Shown: positions 1 to 8,318 of the stretch, in pieces
Layout of the letters: each line of letters starts with the position of its first letter
How positions within the stretch are numbered: the first letter of the stretch is position 1
DNA from: an uncultured virus (IMG/VR IMGVR_UViG_3300008003_000324)
Lineage: Duplodnaviria > Heunggongvirae > Uroviricota > Caudoviricetes
IMG/VR virus record: IMGVR_UViG_3300008003_000324
Length of the DNA: 58,642 bases
Reading direction: 5' to 3' (one strand)
The notes under the pieces: model-generated
Told to the model about the DNA's origin: nothing
The model's input: the letters and a program-made list of their open reading frames with translations, nothing else
Databases searched by the model: none
Made by a program: the position numbers and the translations under genes

Positions 1-2575
1 GTGGATTGATACGTTGCCACCTGAAATCAAGTACATTTTAGTAGAAGCCCCCGTAGGCTGTCATGCAATAGATACACCAATAATAGGCTATGACGGACAC
101 ATCAAACTGGTTCAAGAAATAAAGGTTGGGGATCAACTAATGGGACCTGATGGAAAAAAGCGTACCGTTTTGGAACTGCATCGAGGTACTCAACAGATGT
201 ATAAGATAACACCGGTAAAAGGTGACCCATTTGTCGTCAACCAAGACCACATACTATCGTTGAAAACCACTCCGCTGGGAGGTAGGTACAATGTGTCAGG
301 GAGCGAAATAGTAAACATTTCTGTTCGTGATTATCTGAATAAATCGAATCACTTTAAAAGAAATCACAAACTGTATCGACCGGATTTCATTGAATTTACG
401 GATTCTCAGTCTTTTCAGTCTTGCAACGAAAAACAGCAAGAGATAAACCCATATTTCATGGGAGTACTGTTGGGGGATGGATGTATGAAAAAATGTGCTT
501 CAGTTACCACTATCGATTATCAAATTGCACAGACCGTATATGAACAAGCGGAAGTATTTGGACTTGAGGTTAGGGAACAAGTCAAAGAATCTACACATGC
601 AATACAGTATTACTTGTCTAGTGGAAGGTCTCAGCTATATGAAGACCGAAACCGCTTGATCGATATTCTGAAGAGAAACGGCTTGTATGGAAAAACTTCA
701 GGGAATAAGTTTATTCCACACATGTACAAGGTTGGAAATAAGTTAACACGACTCGAAATACTGGCAGGGCTTATAGACACCGATGGAAGTCACAACGGTA
801 GAGGGGGTTTTGATTATGTAACTAAATCCCCCCAGTTGGCAGAAGACATTAAGTTCATATGCAGAAGTTTGGGACTATCTGTAAATTCCAGTATAAAGAC
901 GGTAGATGGAAAAAAATATGCAAGAATATGTATTAGTGGTAACACAGATATTATACCTACCCGTTTGGAGAGAAAAAAGGCACCACCTCGAAAACAAAAA
1001 AAGAGACCCACAGTGACCGGGTTTTCGATAGAAAAACTTGATGTAGATGAATATTACGGCTTTTCTCTGGATGAAGACCATCTCTATTTGTTGGGGGATT
1101 TCATAGTAACACACAATTCAGGAAAATCTAATTTAGCAATGGCATTCAGTTCTTACATTAGTGATAGAATGGGTGATTCGTTCATATTAACTCCACAGAA
1201 AACGCTACAGCGCCAATATGAAGAGTCATTTGAAAAACATCTTCTTTTTTCTGTATACGGAAGAAGTAATTATGAATGCGAACAAAAAAACACGACTTGT
1301 GATGTAGGCGCGGATATTAAACCTGCATGTGATAATTGTCCCGCTAAACTCGCAAGAGATATGTCTATTACATCACCTAATGCCGTAATGAACTATACAT
1401 TAGCTCTAACTTATTTCAAATACTTGAGAAAAATGATTCCCCCTAGAAATTTAATGGTGTTGGATGAAGCACATACCTTGGAATCCAACCTTGTCGAATT
1501 CAGTTCGATTTCTGTAACGGACAAGAAATGTAAGAAATACAACGTCAAGTTCCAGTTCGCTCGTAGCGCCGCTGAGGCCATAAATTGGATAAGTCGTACC
1601 TATCTACCTGCCGTCGAAGCAAAATCGATAGAGCTACGTAAGAAGGTGACTGAGATCGAAACTAGAGGTGGGGCACTGAGTAAATCTGACATACAGACTG
1701 TTCGTGCTGCCATAACAGCCACGGAACATCGTAACCAATTAGTAGATCTAGTAGAAATGGACATGTCTCTAATAGACAAGAAATACGTCCTTGTGTCTGA
1801 AAAAGTTGGATTCAAATTCAAGGAACTCTACGCCAAGAATAATTTTAAAAACATTTGTTTACCAATGGCAAATCGTTTTCTCTTTATGTCATCTACTATT
1901 CTGGATAAAGACGAATTCTGTCGAGACTTGGGGATCGACCCAGATGAGTCTGCTATGATTTCTCTTGATTCCGAATTTCCAGAAGAAAACAGGGAAGTAA
2001 TATTTTCTCCCGTTACCAAAATGAATTATGGGTGGAACTCTGAAGAAAGAACACAAGATCGTAAGAAGATGATGACCCACATCAATCATGTATGTAGCTA
2101 TCATGCGGACGAGTCGGGTGTGATACACACGGGTTCTTTCCAAGTTTCCCAGTGGATTCTTGAAAACATAAAGACAAATCATAGAATCATTCATCATAAT
2201 CCCGGTTTCAATCTTAGTAGAGATGAAGCTATTGACACCTTTTTGGAGTGTTCTGAAAAAGAACCAACTTTGCTGATATCTCCTTCTGTGACTGAAGGCA
2301 TGGACTTGAAGGATAATCGCGGAAGATTTGCACTTATAGTCAAAGTTCCGTATCCGTATTTAGGAGATGCGTGGACAAAACGACGTATGCAGATTTCCAA
2401 GGACTGGTACAACCGACAGGCTATTACAGGAATAATTCAGGGTTGTGGTAGAGTTGTACGTTCCAAGGATGACTGGGGTACGGTATACATTCTCGACGAG
2501 TCCTTCGAATATTTGTATAATCAGACTAGAAAAATGATTCCATCATGGTGGAAGAGAGGATTGACAGTAGTATGA
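1..2575 (+). CDS. DinG/Rad3-like SF2 helicase containing an intein (5' end probably outside the window)
   Basis: Spliced Walker A EAPVG|SGKS, LTPQKTLQRQY, Cys cluster (possible Fe-S), VLDEAH, FMSSTI, EGMD, IQGCGRVVRSKDDWG. The frame is open back to position 2. Confidence 0.85.
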   Translation, partial: WIDTLPPEIKYILVEAPVGCHAIDTPIIGYDGHIKLVQEIKVGDQLMGPDGKKRTVLELHRGTQQMYKITPVKGDPFVVNQDHILSLKTTPLGGRYNVSGSEIVNISVRDYLNKSNHFKRNHKLYRPDFIEFTDSQSFQSCNEKQQEINPYFMGVLLGDGCMKKCASVTTIDYQIAQTVYEQAEVFGLEVREQVKESTHAIQYYLSSGRSQLYEDRNRLIDILKRNGLYGKTSGNKFIPHMYKVGNKLTRLEILAGLIDTDGSHNGRGGFDYVTKSPQLAEDIKFICRSLGLSVNSSIKTVDGKKYARICISGNTDIIPTRLERKKAPPRKQKKRPTVTGFSIEKLDVDEYYGFSLDEDHLYLLGDFIVTHNSGKSNLAMAFSSYISDRMGDSFILTPQKTLQRQYEESFEKHLLFSVYGRSNYECEQKNTTCDVGADIKPACDNCPAKLARDMSITSPNAVMNYTLALTYFKYLRKMIPPRNLMVLDEAHTLESNLVEFSSISVTDKKCKKYNVKFQFARSAAEAINWISRTYLPAVEAKSIELRKKVTEIETRGGALSKSDIQTVRAAITATEHRNQLVDLVEMDMSLIDKKYVLVSEKVGFKFKELYAKNNFKNICLPMANRFLFMSSTILDKDEFCRDLGIDPDESAMISLDSEFPEENREVIFSPVTKMNYGWNSEERTQDRKKMMTHINHVCSYHADESGVIHTGSFQVSQWILENIKTNHRIIHHNPGFNLSRDEAIDTFLECSEKEPTLLISPSVTEGMDLKDNRGRFALIVKVPYPYLGDAWTKRRMQISKDWYNRQAITGIIQGCGRVVRSKDDWGTVYILDESFEYLYNQTRKMIPSWWKRGLTVV
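59..1117 (+). mobile_element. Intein (353 aa) with LAGLIDADG homing endonuclease in the helicase Walker A
   Basis: Starts CHAIDT, block B VNQDH, GVLLGDG and LAGLIDTDG motifs, ends VTHN followed by Ser+1. Confidence 0.95.
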
Positions 2576-2739
2576 AAACATTTCAAGTTTCAGTACAGGC
2601 CAATATAGTTGCAATTGATGATGTTGTGGCGGAGGATTCCGACGAGGCTATCCAAAAGGTTTTGTCGGATATCAGGGCTGACGGTTATGATATATGGGGA
2701 GATTTTTCTGCACATGCAGAAGAGGTAACCTACGAGTAA
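2572..2739 (+). CDS. small hypothetical protein
   Basis: ATG at 2572 overlaps the helicase stop (ATGA); 55 aa, acidic. Confidence 0.6.
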   Translation: MKTFQVSVQANIVAIDDVVAEDSDEAIQKVLSDIRADGYDIWGDFSAHAEEVTYE

Positions 2740-2850
2740 GACTAAATCGATATCATTCATATTGATGATTCCATCGTGGTGGAAAAGACGCAAAAAGGCT
2801 TATAGAAGACAACATCATCCGAGGCAGAGAATTAAGACAGCGTTTCATGG

Positions 2851-3072
2851 ATGATTATAAAAAACCACGCTTACTGTCCGGAATGTGGGAGTGACAATTC
2901 CATATCCACCTTAATGAGCTTTACATTTGATACCGACGACCCGGATAGTTACGAAGATAGAAACAACGTGACATGTTGTTGCTGTAGTTGGAAAGGAATT
3001 GCACATGATTTGGTTGGAAATCAAAAAAAAGATTTACAGAGAGAATTTCGTATAAATATTAAAACAAGTTGA
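2851..3072 (+). CDS. small zinc-ribbon protein
   Basis: CPECGS ... CCCCSWKG. Confidence 0.6.
   Translation: MIIKNHAYCPECGSDNSISTLMSFTFDTDDPDSYEDRNNVTCCCCSWKGIAHDLVGNQKKDLQREFRINIKTS
3051..3058 (+). promoter_or_regulatory. T4-type late promoter TATAAATA
   Basis: Exact consensus 27 nt upstream of ORF 3086. Confidence 0.7.
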
Positions 3073-3085
3073 GAAGATATAGAAG

Positions 3086-3715
3086 ATGTCAAAAATAATA
3101 TACACTACGGAAAACGAAAACGAAAGACCAAAACAAACCAATGCGGATACTGCTCCTCCTTTAAATCTGGTATATGGCCAAGAAGACACGAACACACGCC
3201 CCAAAAGAAGGACAGTATTGCAGCATTATCTCGAAGAAAACTCTTATTACGTTTATGATTCGGAAAGCAGAAAAACTTTTGCAGAAACTGTAACCGGCAG
3301 TTTAATCACAGAAGATTTCACTACGGACTGGTTGTTGAATGCTGCACAATCGCAGGGAGAATCTCCTTTTTTTGGTGAATGTTATAGTGTTGAACAAGCA
3401 CAGACTCCAGTCCTTTTGAGCATAGATTACGACGGGGACAAATCGTATTATTCTTTGTCACTGATATTGCGGTACATTGGATCACAACCATCTACAACCG
3501 TGGAAATGGTGTTGACCTATAACGACGGCTCTGATAATGTCGAACACAATTTTAATTTTGAGGTTAATAACGGAGAAGATCGCGAGGTTAATATAGATTT
3601 AACTGCTCTTGGGATTACACCCGTATCTTTCGTGAATATTTTATTGACACCAGATTTGGTGGAATACGACATATTCAGGTTGTGTGATATAACGGGTGTC
3701 CGTATGTCCGGTTAA
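3086..3715 (+). CDS. hypothetical protein (late, possibly virion)
   Basis: 209-aa ORF after a late promoter; beta-rich C-terminal half. Confidence 0.6.
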   Translation: MSKIIYTTENENERPKQTNADTAPPLNLVYGQEDTNTRPKRRTVLQHYLEENSYYVYDSESRKTFAETVTGSLITEDFTTDWLLNAAQSQGESPFFGECYSVEQAQTPVLLSIDYDGDKSYYSLSLILRYIGSQPSTTVEMVLTYNDGSDNVEHNFNFEVNNGEDREVNIDLTALGITPVSFVNILLTPDLVEYDIFRLCDITGVRMSG

Positions 3716-3719
3716 TCTA

Positions 3720-4343
3720 ATGATTGACGTTGCTATAATTTGTAGTGGAAGCAGGGAAAGTTATTTCAAAGAATGTTTACTCAGTTTGGAAAAAGAGCCC
3801 GTAAACATATGTGTAGTAGATAAACAGAAAACTCTTGGCGACGGAAGAATAAAATCTTATGAAGCTGGAGTAAACAGGTTTGTATGCTTTGTTGATGACG
3901 ATGATGTTATTATTCCCGGAGCTTTTGATCGTGCTTTGTTTAAAATTAAGTTAGAGTCGAATATATCCGCATATTATTCTAACCATTTAGTTGTTACCGA
4001 AGATTTGTCTACCGTTATCGGACGTAGGTTTTCTAAATTGTCGTCACCCGGCTTATTACAAGACGCACAAATGCACCACATAGTAGTATATGACAGAAAT
4101 ACTATAAGCCCTGTTATTGGTTATCTGAGGGGGGTTCATACTCGCGACAGAAGGTTGCTGAATTACCATTCTATAATGAATGGTCGGGTTATTGGAGATT
4201 TGAACCATGGCGCAATGTGGAGAATACATTCTGGGAATAACCATAAAACCGCAGACATCAGATCCAATCCACCGGAATGGTTCGCAAAGATAGAAGAACT
4301 GGAAAAAGATATCATCGACAAATTCTCCAAAATAGTCAGGTGA
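3720..4343 (+). CDS. GT-A/family 2-like glycosyltransferase
   Basis: N-terminal beta strand, 'FKECLLSL', DxD motif FVDDDD. Confidence 0.65.
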   Translation: MIDVAIICSGSRESYFKECLLSLEKEPVNICVVDKQKTLGDGRIKSYEAGVNRFVCFVDDDDVIIPGAFDRALFKIKLESNISAYYSNHLVVTEDLSTVIGRRFSKLSSPGLLQDAQMHHIVVYDRNTISPVIGYLRGVHTRDRRLLNYHSIMNGRVIGDLNHGAMWRIHSGNNHKTADIRSNPPEWFAKIEELEKDIIDKFSKIVR

Positions 4344-6498
4344 CTATTTTGGAGAATCCGTTTTTCAATTCAATTTTGATTTGATCTTTGAATGAATCTT
4401 TGATTTCGTCTCTATGCGAAATGATGAACATTGACAGTTTATTCTTTTCTGCTACCTCTTTCATCAGCTTTACGGTTTTTCTTACACCAACATTACTCAG
4501 ACCGACATCTAGACATTCGTCTAGAATATACAAGTTGATGAAATTGTGCTTGGATTGTAGAACGTCTCTGAAGGCCAGAGAGAGGGCAATGTTTATCCGT
4601 GCCTTCTGTCCAGACGAAAGGCTCGTAAAGGTGATCTCACGGTCAAACTGGCCAATTTCCATGGAGAGGTCAGATTTGAACTTAGCCTTGTGAGGCAAAC
4701 CCATGGTGCTCAAATAATAGTGCCATCGTTCGTTTAGGAACGGCAGGTACTTGTCCATCAAAGCTTTTCTTACAAACGAGTCCTTCTTAGTTAAAAGCTT
4801 TAACAAGAATTCTTGATGTTTAACTGTTTTCTCAAGAGAGTCGATTTCTTCAGACTTGCTTTCCTTGACCCTAAAACCTTGTAAAGTTTCAAGTGATTTT
4901 TCATAAGGGTTTTCTTGTTCTACAAGGTATCCTTTTTTTTCTTTCGCTGATTCCATCTTGTTTTTGGCTTCGAAGAGTTCTCGTAGGGTACCGAATGAAG
5001 GACTATCAAAAGTCTTTCCCTTCTCTATTTCAATGTCGCTTTTTATTTTTCCAAGTTCTTTCAAGAGTGACTCTATCTCGTCATTTCTATTAGAATGAGG
5101 ATTTTGTTCTACTTTTAATTCTTCGATAGTTTCTTTGACACCATCTCTAGCGTTCCGAAAACTTCCGACCATGAAGGGATGAGTGAATTCATTTGGTATT
5201 TGATTTTTGATTTCCTCTAATCTAACAGTAGATTCGCTAATTGATTCTTCTATCTCCTGTGAGGTTTTCAGAGTTTTCTTGAGAACTTCAGAAAGAGTCT
5301 TCAATTCATCAACAACACTTTCGAGTTTATCTTTCGAGTCCTTGTAATCTTGAGAACAGTAAGGACATTTGGCGTTTTCCAAAGTCTTTTTTTCTTTTTC
5401 AAGTTCTTCTACTGCATCTAGACCTTCATCAAGGACCTTTTCCAACTTGCTCAGCTCTCTTTTCTTTTCCCCTATTTCCTTTTCCAGATTGTCTCTATCC
5501 TGAAAGAGGATCAATATCTTGTCGAGATCTTCTTCAGAAAATCTCTCGTAATTGGTCAATTCTTTTTCAAGTTCAACAATTTTTTTAGCTTTATTCTCAT
5601 CATATGCTTCGAACTTCTTTTGTTCTTCTGTATAACGAGTCATAGTTCTGGATTCTTCTGTTAAAGAAGACTGTAGTTCCTTCAACAGTTTATTGTGTAC
5701 GTCTAGTTTTTCCAATAAGATTTCTTCCTTATCGAAATTGAATTTGCTATATTTTTCAATCAACTTTTCAACTTCTTCAATATCCAACTGGTGCTGATGA
5801 TTCCAAGATGCAATATTTTTTTCCGCTTCTTCCACACCCTTTTTGTGTCTGGCGTGTTCTTGTTTGATTTCTTCGTTGGAATCTTTGGCATATTTCAAAT
5901 CACTCTTACTGGATTTGATCTGTTCTTTTAAGGTTTCGGCCTTTTTTGTAAGTTCAGTATAGGAGAAAAGTTCTTCTATTACATCTCTCTGCTTAGCTAG
6001 AGGCATTTTTAAAAAAGATTCTTCGCTTGCAGCGTATGTTATGATCCTACTGAATATCTCGTATGGGACTTTGACAATTTCCTCGGCAATGTAAACATTA
6101 GCATTCGAAATACTGTCTGGTGTTATGTCTTTCCCGTTCTTGACAATTTTAACACCACTACCGCCCATTGCTTTATTTTTTCTATATCTGCTTATTTTGT
6201 AGATATCTTCTTTTATTTTAAAGTCTATTTCCACAAGGAGATCCTTGTTGTTGATGTTGTTTATTAGGTTGTCTTTCTTTTCTGATTCTTTCCCTAGAGC
6301 CAGATCGTAAAGAGCGAAAGTTATTGCCATCAACAATGAACTTTTCCCGCACCCATTAGAGTCCATTTCTCCATTCACAGAAGCATCGTGGTTGATACCA
6401 GTAATAAGGGTTGGATTCTTTCTCTGTAGATCTAAGCTAACGGCCTCATTCCCGTAGGACAGGAAATTTTGTAATGTCACTTTTTCAAATACAATCAT
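4336..6498 (-). CDS. gp46: recombination nuclease ATPase subunit (gp46/SbcC/Rad50)
   Basis: NFLSYGN, NGCGKSS, CPYC zinc hook within coiled coil, LSSGQ, ILDE, ISHR. Confidence 0.95.
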   Translation of the reverse strand: MIVFEKVTLQNFLSYGNEAVSLDLQRKNPTLITGINHDASVNGEMDSNGCGKSSLLMAITFALYDLALGKESEKKDNLINNINNKDLLVEIDFKIKEDIYKISRYRKNKAMGGSGVKIVKNGKDITPDSISNANVYIAEEIVKVPYEIFSRIITYAASEESFLKMPLAKQRDVIEELFSYTELTKKAETLKEQIKSSKSDLKYAKDSNEEIKQEHARHKKGVEEAEKNIASWNHQHQLDIEEVEKLIEKYSKFNFDKEEILLEKLDVHNKLLKELQSSLTEESRTMTRYTEEQKKFEAYDENKAKKIVELEKELTNYERFSEEDLDKILILFQDRDNLEKEIGEKKRELSKLEKVLDEGLDAVEELEKEKKTLENAKCPYCSQDYKDSKDKLESVVDELKTLSEVLKKTLKTSQEIEESISESTVRLEEIKNQIPNEFTHPFMVGSFRNARDGVKETIEELKVEQNPHSNRNDEIESLLKELGKIKSDIEIEKGKTFDSPSFGTLRELFEAKNKMESAKEKKGYLVEQENPYEKSLETLQGFRVKESKSEEIDSLEKTVKHQEFLLKLLTKKDSFVRKALMDKYLPFLNERWHYYLSTMGLPHKAKFKSDLSMEIGQFDREITFTSLSSGQKARINIALSLAFRDVLQSKHNFINLYILDECLDVGLSNVGVRKTVKLMKEVAEKNKLSMFIISHRDEIKDSFKDQIKIELKNGFSKIVT

Positions 6499-7544
6499 TA
6501 TAAACCTCTGTAAATTTTTTTAAGTTCTTCAGATTCAATTTCTTCAGCCTTGATTTTTCCTAACAGGGCTAAAACTATTTCGTCCGTACTTTCCGACTCC
6601 AAGTCTTCCTCGTCTATGTCTTCGCTGATCTTATAATCATCGACAGGCTCTTCCATTTTCAGTTCCCTGAGAGAGTATTTGTTGATAAGAACTTCCTTGA
6701 TATGCAGAATATCTTCGAAACCCAAGTCTTTCTCATCAACCAGACAGGTTACAGTTGCCTTGGGTCTAAGATAATCTTTCGGATTCTCCAGAAGATCACT
6801 TAGAGAACATCTGATGTAGGTTGGTGCTTCTTCCCAATCAATGTATTTTAGATTATCATTTTCGAAATCGTAGATCGCCATACCACGTTCTGTTTGATTG
6901 GCGTCACTATAGTCCATCGGGAAAGTATTGCCAATATAATGAACGTTTTTCTTTTCCTGTCTTTTGTGGAAGTGGCCGGTGAATATCCGATCAGGCCCCC
7001 TGAAATCTTCTTGATCGGGTCCGTGTTCTAGAACCTTGGTTTCTCCCGTCAAAACGAATCCCTTGAACTCAAAGTGTCCAAAGACTACGTCATGAGAGTT
7101 GATCACCACAATTTGTTCAGCATATTCTTCTTCGAAAAGATACGGACAGAAAAGAATACTCTTGTTGCCGATTTTGACACTTATATTATCATCCACCAGA
7201 ATTAGATTACCAAATGGTTCAAAAATTACAGTGTTAAAAGAGTTACGATTGTTTCTGTAGACTAAATCATGATTTCCTACGATTAGAAAAAATGGAAGTT
7301 TCAGTTCTTCGACCAACTGTTTAATTATTTTGTGTGATCGGTCTAGGGTTTTTCCTGTGATAGCATCTCGGTGTTCAAACCAATCACCACAAAATACAAT
7401 TATGTCAACCTTTTCTTTTTTACAATTGTCTATAAACCAGTCAATGTAATCTTGACAATCATTCAAATGAACATCACTACTGTTTTTTCTACCTAGATGG
7501 ATGTCGGTGAACATTGCAGCTTTTTTTACATTATTCAGATTCAT
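6498..7544 (-). CDS. gp47: recombination nuclease subunit (gp47/SbcD/Mre11)
   Basis: TDIHLG, GDWF, GNHD, GHFH; AGGAG RBS at 7551-7555 favours a start at 7544. Confidence 0.93.
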   Translation of the reverse strand: MNLNNVKKAAMFTDIHLGRKNSSDVHLNDCQDYIDWFIDNCKKEKVDIIVFCGDWFEHRDAITGKTLDRSHKIIKQLVEELKLPFFLIVGNHDLVYRNNRNSFNTVIFEPFGNLILVDDNISVKIGNKSILFCPYLFEEEYAEQIVVINSHDVVFGHFEFKGFVLTGETKVLEHGPDQEDFRGPDRIFTGHFHKRQEKKNVHYIGNTFPMDYSDANQTERGMAIYDFENDNLKYIDWEEAPTYIRCSLSDLLENPKDYLRPKATVTCLVDEKDLGFEDILHIKEVLINKYSLRELKMEEPVDDYKISEDIDEEDLESESTDEIVLALLGKIKAEEIESEELKKIYRGL

Positions 7545-8208
7545 ATTCATCTCCTGAATATTGTTTGTATGTCGGATCGTAGATCGACGAAAGTTCACTT
7601 ATCTCTCTTTTTAGGAACTCGCAAACAGAAACTTTATTTTCCCTGTCCTCTTCCTTTTTCAAAATGGTTGATACCATATCTCGGTGGATATTTCTAGTCG
7701 CTTCTTTGTCTTCTACAACTCTGGCAATTTCTCGCATCAATAGATTTTTGAAACGTTCGGAAATTTTCTTTTTGGCAACAGACTCTAGATATGCTTCCTC
7801 TAGTTCCATTTCTCTGAAATCTTCTTCGTAGGTGTGTGATGGAAGTTCTCCCTCTTTCAATAATAAAGCATCTTTGATATTTCTTTGTGATTTTTCTGAA
7901 TCTAAAAATTGCCAAAAAGCCCGTTTAATGGTCTGGGTGAAATATGCAAAAGGGTTGTAGTATGTATTTGGGTCAAAGCTGTCCCAGCCCCTACACACAA
8001 TTGTAAAGGCATATGATTCCATATCCTCACGATATGTGTAACTTGCATAACTACCCTGAGACGAATATCGTTTGGCTAGTATCATGATCATCTCGCCAAA
8101 ACGCTCAGTCATTCTGCCTTGTGTTTTGCTCTTGATAACTTCTTCAAGCATTTCTTTGTTATTGATGTAATATTGATCTTTTTTTGTTTTTCTTTTTCTT
8201 GTAGTCAT
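7531..8208 (-). CDS. gp55: late-transcription sigma factor (T4 gp55-like)
   Basis: YINNKEM, YTYREDM, FDP...NPFAYFTQ; T4-like 55-47-46 order; many TATAAATA-type promoters in the window. Confidence 0.9.
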   Translation of the reverse strand: MTTRKRKTKKDQYYINNKEMLEEVIKSKTQGRMTERFGEMIMILAKRYSSQGSYASYTYREDMESYAFTIVCRGWDSFDPNTYYNPFAYFTQTIKRAFWQFLDSEKSQRNIKDALLLKEGELPSHTYEEDFREMELEEAYLESVAKKKISERFKNLLMREIARVVEDKEATRNIHRDMVSTILKKEEDRENKVSVCEFLKREISELSSIYDPTYKQYSGDEYESE

Positions 8209-8246
8209 GTTTAATTCTCGACAGTAAGTTGCTATATTTACAAAGT

Positions 8247-8275
8247 ATTATATGGTCTTGAATGAATTATTCCAA
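8247..8275 (-). promoter_or_regulatory. sigma70-like promoter for the 55-47-46 operon
   Basis: TTGGAA-N17-TATAAT on the minus strand. Confidence 0.6.
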
Positions 8276-8283
8276 ACATGTTA

Positions 8284-8291
8284 TATAAATA
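8284..8291 (+). promoter_or_regulatory. late promoter TATAAATA
   Basis: Exact consensus upstream of 8319, back to back with the gp55 promoter. Confidence 0.7.
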
Positions 8292-8318
8292 TCTTCGAAA
8301 TAATTTTGATTATTAAAA

